This document shows positions 31,771-42,289 of a stretch of 42,289 nt of DNA, piece by piece; within the stretch, counting starts at the first letter, position 1, and every line of letters starts with the position of its first letter. The stretch covers positions 1-42,289 of the forward strand of contig CAVPXM010000022.1 in the NCBI GenBank assembly GCA_963709405.1. The letters run 5' to 3'. The DNA is from an uncultured Nitrososphaerales archaeon (GTDB taxonomy: Archaea > Thermoproteota > Nitrososphaeria > Nitrososphaerales > Nitrososphaeraceae). The notes under the pieces were generated by a model. The model was not told the origin of the DNA. It saw only the letters and a program-made list of their open reading frames with translations, and did no database searches. Both the position numbers and the translations under genes were made by a program.

Positions 31771-33624
31771 TTAGTCCTGAACAGGGGAGTGTAAAGTTAT
31801 TGAGGGTACAGGAGTCGGCAAACTAATTGTAAATGCGGCTCCTTTACCGTCAGGATTATTTTCACCCCAGATCCTACCACCATGAGCTTCGATGATACTT
31901 TTGGAGATAAACAATCCTAAACCAGTACCTTTAGGAGAGTTAGTAGCAAATTTTGAAAACAGTCTTGGGAAAATACTTGGATCGATACCACTGCCGCTGT
32001 CTTTAACACTAACTACAACTTCTTGTTCATTGTTGTTGTTATTATTATTATTATTACCACTATTTCTGATATCTTTGTTTTTTATCTCCATGCATACTGA
32101 AATAATGCCTTTTTCAGTATAGTTTATGGCATTACTCAAAAGATTATACATAACTTGGGTTAATCTATTTTTATCAGCTTCAATGTAAATATTTTCGTAA
32201 GGTGGCAGAAAAACTAATATTATATTTTTTTCTTGATATAAAGGTTCACATCTAAGTCGAATTTTACAATCCGAAATTACATTTGTTACCACGCCACTTA
32301 ACTCAAACTGCTCTTTATTGATTTGTAGCGCTTGATTTTCTATCCTTGTAACGTCCAAGATATCGTCTGTCAACCGCTGCAATCTTTTTGCATTTCTGAT
32401 AATTACATCAAGCAAATCTTCTTGTCGACTGTTAGGAGCTTCTTTTTTTATGGTACGAAGAACTTCTGTTAAACCCACTATTGGCTGTATTGGATTTCTC
32501 AACTCATGGGCTACCACGTTGATAAATTCCTTGTGCATTGTATCATCAACTTTTAACTGCTCATATGCTTGTCTTAGTTGCTGACATAATTCAGATTGAT
32601 TCCATAAATTTTCAAATATTGCAACATAAGATAAAACAGCAATTTTGTTATTAGAATAAGTTGCTCGTCCTACTGCTTCAATGAAAGTATCTTTTAAATC
32701 ATCTTTTAGCTCTATTACCAATGAAGACTTTCTGTCTGTTACCAATAAGGTAACTTTAGTAGCTGAGGCTGTTGCTGTATCAGTAGATTCTATATATCTG
32801 ATTTCTATATATTCATTAGAATATTGTTTTTTTAGCTGATGTGCCATCTGTTTTTCACTAGCTTGATGATTATGACCATTCCTAGGCACCAGTATCCTAA
32901 CATTTACATTCCTTTCTTTTGTTGCTTCTTGTGCTAATTGTAAAGATCCTAATTTCTCTTGGCGAGAAAATGCATTAACAGTGGGAAGTATAATCATTAT
33001 ATCACTTTTCGCTGATTTCAAGATGTTAAAATATAATTCCTGTACGATAGCAGGTTTTTCAATACTTTCTATAACTTCTAGGTCAGGTCCTTCTTTAATA
33101 TCTCTTATTCTGTGGTGAGGATCAATTCCAGTCTTCCATAAGTCTTCAAAAACAGATTTGAAGTGTTGGACATACATTGGTTCATTACTTGTAAGAAGGC
33201 TCTGAACCATCTTTCCTCCTTGCATTTTCTCTATTGTAGCACTGGCTTCCCTATCGCCAACAGCAAAGTTCATGATTGGCATATTTTTGATATGCTTTAT
33301 TTGCATACCTAACTCGAGAAATATTTTAATTAAATCTATATTATCTTTATCTATTGAAATTATCCATCTAATGCCCTTACCGACTCCTTTTCTATAATTG
33401 TCTAATACGTTTTTATACAATTCAAAAAAGTTATCATAAATCAGTTGCATTCCTCCGCTAACTGAAACTATAGATAATCCTCGAGAGGTTTCTGTAAGAT
33501 GTGTTATTTGTTTTATGATATTCTCAGTTTTATCTAGTATGTATGTTTTAAATTCTGCTGGTGCTGTTGATTCTTTTTTTCTATCTTCTTCAATATCACG
33601 ATCTGTAATATTATTGATGTCCAA
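31771..33624 (-). CDS. soluble sensor histidine kinase (HisKA + HATPase) with duplicated N-terminal input domains
   Basis: VAHELRNPIQP H-box; NLLSNA, DSGSG and GTGLGL boxes; two N-terminal units ending FEDLW / FENLW; no TM helix. Confidence 0.93.
   Translation of the reverse strand: MDINNITDRDIEEDRKKESTAPAEFKTYILDKTENIIKQITHLTETSRGLSIVSVSGGMQLIYDNFFELYKNVLDNYRKGVGKGIRWIISIDKDNIDLIKIFLELGMQIKHIKNMPIMNFAVGDREASATIEKMQGGKMVQSLLTSNEPMYVQHFKSVFEDLWKTGIDPHHRIRDIKEGPDLEVIESIEKPAIVQELYFNILKSAKSDIMIILPTVNAFSRQEKLGSLQLAQEATKERNVNVRILVPRNGHNHQASEKQMAHQLKKQYSNEYIEIRYIESTDTATASATKVTLLVTDRKSSLVIELKDDLKDTFIEAVGRATYSNNKIAVLSYVAIFENLWNQSELCQQLRQAYEQLKVDDTMHKEFINVVAHELRNPIQPIVGLTEVLRTIKKEAPNSRQEDLLDVIIRNAKRLQRLTDDILDVTRIENQALQINKEQFELSGVVTNVISDCKIRLRCEPLYQEKNIILVFLPPYENIYIEADKNRLTQVMYNLLSNAINYTEKGIISVCMEIKNKDIRNSGNNNNNNNNNEQEVVVSVKDSGSGIDPSIFPRLFSKFATNSPKGTGLGLFISKSIIEAHGGRIWGENNPDGKGAAFTISLPTPVPSITLHSPVQD
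32029..32055. repeat. (AAT/AAC)9 poly-Asn tract in kinase ATPase domain
   Basis: Encodes nine consecutive Asn. Confidence 0.7.
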
Positions 33625-33746
33625 CTTTAGCTAGTACTTATTGGCGCAGGTGACTATATAGCCAATTATAAATAGATGTTATGAGAAATTAGCAATCTAG
33701 ACTACTATGTTTTCTTAATAGCGCTTGCAAAAAGATCAATTATACT

Positions 33747-34159
33747 TAGCCTAGCCCAAAATTATCCTCCTGTAAATAAGAATGCAACAACCCAAACATA
33801 CTAACGCGAAACAGCTTTCTAACTTCTTTTCATATCTAACCAAAAGTTTTCTAAACCTGTTATGCCAGGAGTTGGTTCTTTTTTTCTACAACCCATCTTC
33901 TTTTAGCATCAGGACGATGATTACCGTCTTTGATCTTTATTACTGATTTTTCTCCTCTATGTCGAATATATGGTAGATATCCTTTCTTGATAACACCATT
34001 CTCAATCTACTGAAAGTCATATCCTTTATCGAGATAAAGAAAGATTCTGTTTCTCTTTATACTTATTAAAGTATGGTCTTTGAACTACGATATTATCCAG
34101 CCACACTTATGAATAGGAAAATCGCAAGCTATATGTCCATCTATTTTTGGGATCGGTTA
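33747..34159 (-). mobile_element. internally deleted IS5-family (IS427/IS1031-like) element
   Basis: IRs TAGCCTAGCCCAAAA (33747) and TTTTGGGATCGGTTA (34145), 12/15 match. Fragments LDNIVVQRP, LDKGYDF*...GYLPYIRHRGE, WVVE / TNSWHNRFRKLLVRYEKK...ILG*. Confidence 0.8.
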
Positions 34160-35190
34160 TTAGTCACTGACATAGGTGACATTATAGGCTACAGACATGG
34201 GTTACACTTCTGTCGGGAAGTGAATCCAATATAGAAATCAGAATAAGGTTTAATCTAATACACGAAAAAGAATGGACTGGTGATACCATATGTAATATTT
34301 GTAAGAGATATGGTGTACCAGAAAGACTTACTACAAGTGGAATAATAGATACAAGCAGAAAGGGACAGAAGGCCTATCAGATAACTCCAGAAGGCCTCAT
34401 AAAATCAACTACAGGAAGGTAACACCAGAGGTAGAAGAGACTATACTTGATTTACGATTAACTAAGAGATTTGGAAGTAAGAGGATCAAATTTCGACTAA
34501 AAAGAATCATTGGAATCTCATTAAGCACCCGAACTATATACAAGATACTAAAGAGACATTGTCTTAATATCCTCATGTGTAAGGCCAAAGCAAGAACTTA
34601 CAATCGGTTTGTCATGAAGCATCCAAATGATATGGTGCAAGTGGATATCCTTGGCCCTTTCTAAATCTGAGTAATTCCAGTCAAAGGAATTACATCATTA
34701 GTTGCTTAGATGATTGTTCTAGGAAGGTAGTCTAGCAAGTGGTCCGAAAGAAAGAGGTCAGTGGATGTTCTTAATGTATTAGAGGACTGGATAATGATTA
34801 ATGGTAAGCCTAAGATGATGATGCATGATAACGGTAAACAGTTTACATCCAGAATATTCAGACATTTCCTTACACATAATCAGATAAAAGATAAGCAAAT
34901 ACCAAAATCATATCCGCAGTTACAAGGAAAGATAGAAGCATATAACACGATAGTGAAGAATGAATTCCTAGCAATAGAAGATTTACCAAACATAGATGAT
35001 GGAAAACAAAGATACGACATGTTTGTCAAAGCATATAACGAAACCAGAGAACATGGAGGCATAAATGGTCTTACTCCATCGGAGATGTTCCTACAAAGGT
35101 TAATTACATCCAGTTCACATTACGAGAACTAAACAGAAAAGTGTAACCCATGTAGGTAATTAGAAATGTAACCTATCCGTGCAAGTAACA
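34158..35190 (+). mobile_element. IS481-family element with pseudogenised DDE transposase
   Basis: RKTYYKW..RY...GLSDNSRRPH; PNDMVQVDI; LDDCSR; HDNGKQF; PQLQGKIEA; YNETREHGGINGLTP. Long imperfect IRs share ACATGGGTTACACTT; right end is ...ACA. Confidence 0.88.
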
Positions 35191-35327
35191 ATTAGCGTTA
35201 GCATAGTCTTTTAGGTTAAGAACCATAGTTGAATAATTCTAAACTGACACCAGTCTATTTCTATAGGCGTATAGCCATACTAAAGACAAAAGCAAAAGAG
35301 GAAAAGAAGTATTATTTACAGTAGCAG

Positions 35328-35960
35328 TCACTTTACATTAACTACTCCTGTCATTGACGGATGGATTATGCAGAAATAATTGTAGGTCCCAGCTTTATCG
35401 AATGTATGCTCAAAAGTCTGATTGGGATTTAGATTACCAGAATCAAATTCTTTACCTTTGGTAATATTGTTGTCAGGAAATCCTGATGTTACTGTATGTG
35501 TCTCTACATCACCATTAATCCATACTATCGTATTTCCAATCGTGATATTGATTGGACTCGGATTAAATGGCTTTTCACTTTCTTCACCTCCAATTAAGAC
35601 TTTGTTTTCGGCTGGTGTTTTTGTTACTGCTGATTTTCCGGTAGCTAAATTAGTAGGAGTATTGGAAGATGACGATGATGATGCTGTCGTTGTTGCTACG
35701 AAGGTCTTACTGATCTGATGTGCTGGACTACCAATGCTTGATATAGTTTGTATCATCTGTCCTGTTATTGTAGCATCTTCTTTGTTAATATTCTCGTGCT
35801 GATCTTCTGGCGTCTCTATTGAGAAAGCTAAGTTAACTGGTGATAATACAAATATCGATTGTGCAAATAATACTGTAATACAAATGCTGATACATGATTT
35901 TATTACTAAATTCAGTTGCGATGAGCCGTTGGTTTCTGTTATCATCATTACTGGGCTCAC
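35328..35960 (-). CDS. plastocyanin/azurin-like cupredoxin (type 1 copper)
   Basis: PFNPSPINI..G.TIVWIN...HTVTSG...FDSG...YFCIIHPSMTGVV; N-terminal signal/TM and Ser/Thr linker. Confidence 0.92.
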   Translation of the reverse strand: MSPVMMITETNGSSQLNLVIKSCISICITVLFAQSIFVLSPVNLAFSIETPEDQHENINKEDATITGQMIQTISSIGSPAHQISKTFVATTTASSSSSSNTPTNLATGKSAVTKTPAENKVLIGGEESEKPFNPSPINITIGNTIVWINGDVETHTVTSGFPDNNITKGKEFDSGNLNPNQTFEHTFDKAGTYNYFCIIHPSMTGVVNVK

Positions 35961-36625
35961 CTAATTATAAATATGGTGATATTTATTCTATTAGACAATT
36001 CTCTACACTGAGAACAGGATTAGTAAAAAAAGACTTAAGCTACAATTTAACTCCTCAGACTCGTTAGCACAGGTCATGATAATTAAGCCTGAAGTCAAAT
36101 TTTTTTGTTTAAAAAATATAAACAAGAAGAGAAAAATAGCAATAACTATTTAGATAACTGTGAGTTCGTAGAAGCACCTTTGCAAGCAGCACGATAAAAC
36201 TTTAAAACAAAACATTGAATTCATGATGAGAGGAGAACTGAGGCAACAAATAAAACATAAAACCCCATTATCTGATATTCAAACATTGGTTAGCAAAATT
36301 AATACCAATCTGGACAAGATAAAAAAGCTTCTGTCTGCTCCATAATTTTATTCTTCACAATGCCAATTATAACTGCATAAGAAATTTATTATAATCTCAT
36401 ACTCTCCTATTTGTATAATATATCATAACAGGTCAATCAATCAATAAATCACGATATTGCGACACACATGCAGCATTTGCTATTCCATTTTCATATGCGC
36501 TCAAATTGGCCGAATTGCTGTCTATTCTACGGTCTAGCCCGCTTGTCTTTCATGTGTGATTCGCATTATTCAAGATGAGTATTCGTCTTTGTCATTTTTA
36601 ATTTTAGTATACATTATCAAAGCAG

Positions 36626-36787
36626 CTATTCTACAAACATACCGAGAATATGACCAACCATGTATGCAAGAGAAACCACAATTCCACCTATTAATAATGT
36701 GTTCAAGCCTGATCTAAACAAGGATTTCTTAACCACTTTCCCTCTTATACCTCCAATCAAAAAGAAAGCAAGAGCAGTAAAAATTAC
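36626..36787 (-). pseudogene. C-terminal fragment of a VIT1/CCC1 Fe/Mn transporter
   Basis: VIFTALAFFLIGGIRGKVVKKSLFRSGLNTLLIGGIVVSLAYMVGHILG matches the last two VIT1 helices; no upstream part. Confidence 0.6.
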
Positions 36788-37021
36788 GTGCTTATGCTCC
36801 TCAATATTTCATATTCATTATTAGACTTGCTAACTGCACTTTCGAATAAATTAATTCCTTTCGTAACTGCATACATATCATCTAGATCTAATAAGGAGTA
36901 GAAGAAAGGAGAATTTGTTAATTTAGGAGTGACCTGATATGGAATTGACGAAGTAACTTACAAATACTCAAGTGAACACTTGTAAGGAAAATAGATAAGT
37001 GAGTCCGATCAGCCCACAATA

Positions 37022-37249
37022 ATGAATCAAGTATTATTTAGAACAGGCTCAGGCATTATCATATTTTCATTTATTATTGTAGTATTAGGAATTAACACGG
37101 GCTTTCATTCAAATTTAGTCCTAGGAGAGAAACCAGCAGTATGCGATTCTGGTGACAAATCAATTAATTCAACAGAATCGAAGATATGTGGTGTTCCAAC
37201 TACAAATGAAAATGCAACGAATGCAACAACAAGATCAACAAAATCATAA
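37022..37249 (+). CDS. small secreted protein with one Cys pair
   Basis: Hydrophobic signal, then CDSGDKSINSTESKICG and a Thr/Asn tail with NxT sequons. Confidence 0.55.
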   Translation: MNQVLFRTGSGIIIFSFIIVVLGINTGFHSNLVLGEKPAVCDSGDKSINSTESKICGVPTTNENATNATTRSTKS

Positions 37250-37431
37250 TCACTATCCTGAATCTGATCTCGAATATATACTTCTCATTAATTTATTTAC
37301 GACATGCAGTTTTACAGTCGTACAATATTGGTTTAATCCATATTACGTCGGAAGAACAAGGATTGCTAATTAGAACATAATGTCTTGTCGCTAAATCTAC
37401 AGATCGAATACCTAAACAACAATGTCCCATA

Positions 37432-38067
37432 CTATACGCTGTGCACTTTCATTGGGTGTAACGTGGTTGAAGACAAGGATGAACTAAATGAATTTATCAT
37501 CTTTTGAAATATAGGCATATATGTAGAAGTCTCAGATGTATCGACATTAGATAGGAGCATAAAGGCATCAGCACCTTTCAATGACCATATTTCAGTTGTC
37601 GTGATCGGTAGAATACCATCTGTGTGTGTATATTCTATTTTATAGAGTGGTGAGCCTGTTGAAGTTATAAAAGGGCCAGAGCTTACTAGATGAAAATCTT
37701 GATACTGTGATTCAAGTGCTGAAATCCTTGTATTACCAAAATTGTTTAAAGATGTATTTGGAGAAGATAATTTGATACTAGATATCATTACATTTTCTAA
37801 TACTCCTGAATCATGTCGAGAAGCAGATACAAAACCAACAATAAAATTCTTACCAAACTGTATTTTTTCCCAACTTGATGGATATTGAATCTTTATTCCG
37901 TAAACTGGATCATGATATGTTAGAAAAGGCGCCGCGTGTGATGCGTTATTATTATTGTTACTATTCCGATAATATGGAAACGGATGTATGAGAATTACTG
38001 TTATCAATATGGAAATTAGTGATAATGATAAAATTGAGAATATTGCAATACCTTTCTTCTTTTGCAT
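37432..38067 (-). CDS. PsbP-like membrane-anchored protein
   Basis: TM anchor; FLTYHDPVYGIKIQYPSSW...YKIEYT...YMPIFQKMINSF. Confidence 0.8.
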   Translation of the reverse strand: MQKKKGIAIFSILSLSLISILITVILIHPFPYYRNSNNNNNASHAAPFLTYHDPVYGIKIQYPSSWEKIQFGKNFIVGFVSASRHDSGVLENVMISSIKLSSPNTSLNNFGNTRISALESQYQDFHLVSSGPFITSTGSPLYKIEYTHTDGILPITTTEIWSLKGADAFMLLSNVDTSETSTYMPIFQKMINSFSSSLSSTTLHPMKVHSV

Positions 38068-38456
38068 ACTTTTGCAATACTTCAAAGTGGTATAAAAAAC
38101 TAATCTTTCGATGATGCATGTTTAAGGAGTTAATTGATGAATGATTACTAGAGTCCTCTGACTGCCGTAGTAATAATATGATATGCTGATTGATTGATAC
38201 AAGCTTCTAAATATGATATTTTGAAAGGAACTTTGGAAGAGTCGATTCTAGTATTATTTACCAGGCATGTGATTGGAATTCAGAAAGGTTTTATCTTATC
38301 GGCATCTATGGATATAGAATCAATATGTTTTCTGTGGCTAGTTACGGACCAAATGATATGTATGTTTCATATCGATTTTTTTCAAATAATATTATCATAT
38401 TAAACATCATATATATAGAAGAAATACAATAGAAAACAAAATCTCTGTTGCAATTA

Positions 38457-38790
38457 TTATGGGAATGGTAAGGCAAATGGGGTGTCATTTTCTGAATCTC
38501 CATTACTACTTTCATGATTGAAATGTTTTGATTTTGTGTGAATTATTGAAACATCTCCTCCATTATTATTCACGTCTTTTGTATTACTATCACTACCTCG
38601 TGAGAGAGGATGTGAAAGTATTTGATTCTTCCTGAGATCCACACGATGATGTAGTCTCATTGTCCATACTTTTATCAGTACATTTTTTAGCAATAACTTC
38701 ATTATTTATCCGGAATTCTATAGAGAATAATAATGATAACACGATTGTTAGCAACAGTATGGAAGATATAGCCATTGCTGGCCACAGCAT
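38457..38790 (-). CDS. small secreted protein ending TPFALPFP (frameshift near 38600)
   Basis: The signal-bearing frame (38593..38790) switches into the frame encoding GSDSNTKD...DTPFALPFP. Confidence 0.55.
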
Positions 38791-39207
38791 AATCTTGTTA
38801 TTATGATTGTTATAATGATATTTCGTGGAACTGATTGCTTGATTATTAATTACTATATTAGAATTAAGGAAGTTAATGCCACAACTTTATACTGGGATAT
38901 TCTAACTGTCAAAATATTTTCAATCTAAAATGAGATGATCCAGCTATACTAGGATTAAAATGATATTAATTAATAAAAATGGTAAGTTTTCTGTTGAGGT
39001 ACGACAGCTGATTGGTTTCCTCATTTAATCAAAAACAATCGTAATACAGTTGAAACTAATTATCGCAGATCTCAACTATATATTATTCTAATATCATCTA
39101 ATTATTCTGACTTAATCATAATAGCCAATCGATAGATTTCATATAGGGAAAGATAGCAGTTAACTTATTCATTGCTTTATGTTAAGCTGGATGATATAGA
39201 ACTTGTT

Positions 39208-40261
39208 TTATCTCAAATTATTTTCTAGGCTGTTTCTAACCTTGTTGAATATATCCTGAGTAAAATTCTTTATGTTATCGTTCAAACCGTTAGTAAAGTT
39301 GCTATTCGCCTGAGCTAAAATAAAAGGATTGTCGTTATATGAAGGTTTTACAGTAAATATATTGGATTCTGATCTCCCACTGTACTTGCCAGATAATGCG
39401 TCTACTTTTATTATATAAGGCGTACCTATCGGAGTATTTCCAGGTACTTTCCATGAATATGAAACTTCACCATTTTTATCTGTATTATTGCCAAATTGCT
39501 CTACAACTGTGTTCACATTTTTAGAAGGAAGAAGAAGTAGATGAGAAGGATGATAAATCGATAATTTGTCCGCTCACCTTAGCTCCACTAATAGCTGAAT
39601 TCATAATACCTGGACTATGAACCTTCACAGTAATAGTCTGTATATCTCCTGCAGTAATTGGATTTTTATCAACACCAATCGAAATTCGTAATGGCAGTGG
39701 CTGGGTTACACTAGTAGTAGGACTACCATTATCATCTCTTGTTCCAATTAGATTTATACTTGTCCATTTAGTCAAACTATAAGGATTGCCAAGACAGGTA
39801 ATTTTTGCAGTTAATTTGTTAGATCCCTCTCTAATTGTAGTATAGATAGGATCTAGCTTGTATCTCCAAGTAGAATAATCACTGACTCCATTATTTCCTG
39901 TCGCGGTAGTCTGTTGGTATGGCTTTATTCCATTCAAAAGTACTGAAACTCTACAATCCTTTGATCTGTCATATGATGAAGTGCCAGAGACAATGAGATT
40001 AATATTAGTTACTGGAACTTCTTGACCGTTATGTGGTGACAGGATTTTTATTGTGGGAATTAAAGCAACGTTAGTTGCAACTGTCTTTAACTTAGTTGAA
40101 GATGAATTGATAGGAGTATTTATTATTGGAGACATTATTTTTGTTGGTGTTGGGCTTGTTTTTTGTGCATACGAAAAAGTGTAATTAGAAATAATAACAA
40201 CAGAAACACAAATTCCAATAAGCGTCAAAATGATAAATATTAGTGATATCTTATTCCTCAA
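39208..40261 (-). CDS. secreted Ig-like/beta-sandwich domain protein (frameshift near 39525)
   Basis: Signal ...FSYAQ; IKILSP.NGQEVP...SGTSS...C.VSV..N..KPYQ...DYSTW...NKLTAK..C; the second domain continues in ORF 39208..39516 (TDKNGEVSYSW). Confidence 0.7.
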
Positions 40262-40515
40262 TTTGAATAGAAAATAATTCTGAATGAAATTATAAATACA
40301 TTCTTTATAACAAATATAGATTTAAGTTATAGAACCTAATTGATCCTTTCTTTTCAATAAAAATAATGACCATAAGCTCGTTTAAACTAATTGGAGACTA
40401 TTTATAGGCTAACCTAGTCGATGAGATTATTGAGTCATATACTATTTTATTATTTGTAAACTACATATTTAGTGAATTATAATGGAATGAAGCTTTGCGA
40501 GATATTCCGCTATTT

Positions 40516-41845
40516 TTAACCTGTTATAGGTACTATTCGATATATTGTTCCATCAAATGTAAGAACGTATAGAAATCCATCAGGTCCCACCTCTAGGTCT
40601 GTAATCGTGCCAAAGCCATGTCCAAATATTACTGATCTAAGATCTTCCGGGCTGTTTGCTACTTTACCTTCAAGTGGGCTGCTTAGCAAGAGGCTAGTTC
40701 TATTCTCACTTAGTCTAAAGTTGTACAAATCACCGGTATTGACATTACCTACAAACATTGTATTTTCATATTGTTTTCCCAATTTGTCTGAATTTAAGAA
40801 TTTTAAAGCTGTTGGACCCACTGGCTGCTTCCAGACAAATTCTGGAGATCTATAAACTCCTCTGCCATCAAAGTTTATCAAATCTTGAGAAGGATTTTCT
40901 GCAACAGGACCTGGTGATGAACCGCTTACCTGCCATATCCCTTGGACGTGATTCCAACCACTATTAAATCCAGGTTTAACCAAATTGATCTCATCACCAT
41001 AGGTAGGTCCATTTTCGGTATCCCATAAATTGCCTGTTACAGGATCAAAATCCATACCAAAGCTATTCCTAATGCCATAAGCATAATACACTCTTGTAGG
41101 ATCTAAAGTCCCTAACGGGTCTGGTGTTACTGGTTGGCCATCTTTTGTAATCCTTAATACACCGCTAGTCCCATCAAGTTTTTTACCATTCTTGTTATTC
41201 TGAGCCTGACCATCATGACTTCCAACATCGCCTATGACGACATATATGTTATTATCTGGTCCTATAATCACTTTGCCACCATTATGGTTACTTTCCACAA
41301 GAGGGTCAGGTGCATTAGAAGGAAGATTTAACAGATCTACAGGATTTGTCAATTGGCCATTAACTAATTCATATCTGTAAAGATGGTTACCTGCTGCAAC
41401 ACCTGGTTTTCCGCCAGATTTAGTGTAATAGAGGAAAACATAGGTATGTACTTGACCACTATTATTACCACCAGGATTTGCTTGTTTTGAAATTGCAATA
41501 CCAAACAATCCCCATTCTAGAAATTGTGTCGCTACATTAACGTGCAAAAGTGGTTTTTTTATAAGATTACCGTCCAGGATTCTAAGTACGTTTCCTGAAT
41601 TTTTCTCTAGCACCAAAATGCCATTAGGGCCTAGAAATGCCATACTTGTTGGTATATGAAATCCTTTAAAGACCACCTCCGCTTTCAAATTCGGATCATT
41701 AATCGTAGGTCCTGCCGCGAGGTACAGCTTTAGTATAAGCGGCATTAGCATAGAAATAGGTATGTGGTGTTAATATCATCAAAAATGAGGATGTAATAAT
41801 AAGAATTGTAACAAAGAAGAATGAAAACGTTAATGATGATCGCAT
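40516..41845 (-). CDS. PQQ-dependent glucose/sorbosone dehydrogenase family protein (frameshift near 41720)
   Basis: PTSMAF, HNGGKV..GPD, YAYGIRNSFGMDFDP, ENGP..DEIN, NSGW, GPDG.LYV. The signal peptide lies in the adjacent frame (MRSSLTF...ANA). Confidence 0.9.
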
Positions 41846-42289
41846 TGATATTTTTGATCTTGGTTTTGAGAAATCCAAAGATATTCGCATTAGAGCCAGT
41901 CCAATCTTCTAGAATTTTTCTGGCTATTTTTATGTTTTGGATTTCGACGACTTATATAAGGTTGTTAGGACGTAGCATCTCTTCTATGAATATTTTCCAA
42001 CTATTTTGCTTTAATAACTACTTTGCTGACCTAATACACCTCTAAGGCAGACATATATTGCTCACATTGATTATTGGCGTAGGGTGAGGAAATTAGATGA
42101 CGTACCCAAACTCAGATTCAGTATAATCAATCTTCATCCAGCTAAACTGGAATATCTTCCTACTGACTATGACGGTGTTGTTGACAGAAAGAATGACATC
42201 ATATATCATGACAGAACAGAATTTGATGAAAATATTGGCAGCTCTTATGTCTGATCTCGTGACATTAGCAAACTCTCTAATCAAATTAG

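Noticed and set aside
1-42289. CRISPR array, rRNA or intact tRNA
   Set aside because: No regularly spaced repeats or complete RNA gene structures were seen by eye.

Overview
This window looks like a mosaic of at least three organisms rather than one native locus. (1) About 1-2978 is moderate-GC bacterial DNA with a copper-handling cluster: a Cox11/CtaG-like protein, an SCO1/SenC protein and a DUF4382-like secreted protein. (2) About 2979-4654 is very GC-rich, myxobacteria-like DNA with a truncated cytochrome c-fused type II copper monooxygenase and the 3' end of a phytoene-desaturase-like oxidoreductase. (3) About 4655-42289 is AT-rich DNA with the gene repertoire of a soil ammonia-oxidising archaeon (Nitrososphaeraceae-like): SDR, patatin, rhodanese, class III cyclase, TRAM, DUF892, three CBS proteins (one with an HPF-like C-terminus), rtcB, a histidine kinase, a cupredoxin, PsbP-like and Ig-like secreted proteins, a PQQ sugar dehydrogenase, and IS5/IS481/integrase relics. 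Many otherwise intact genes carry single-base frameshifts, most simply explained as long-read indel errors. The best candidates for something new are two unannotated paralogous TRASH-like Cys microproteins bracketing the TRAM gene, a tandem pair of secreted 4-Cys Gly/Ser/Asn/Gln-rich peptides with a divergent relative, and a CBS-HPF/CBS/rtcB/Hsp20/ferritin-like stress-dormancy neighbourhood. All family calls come from motif recognition by eye; no database search was run.
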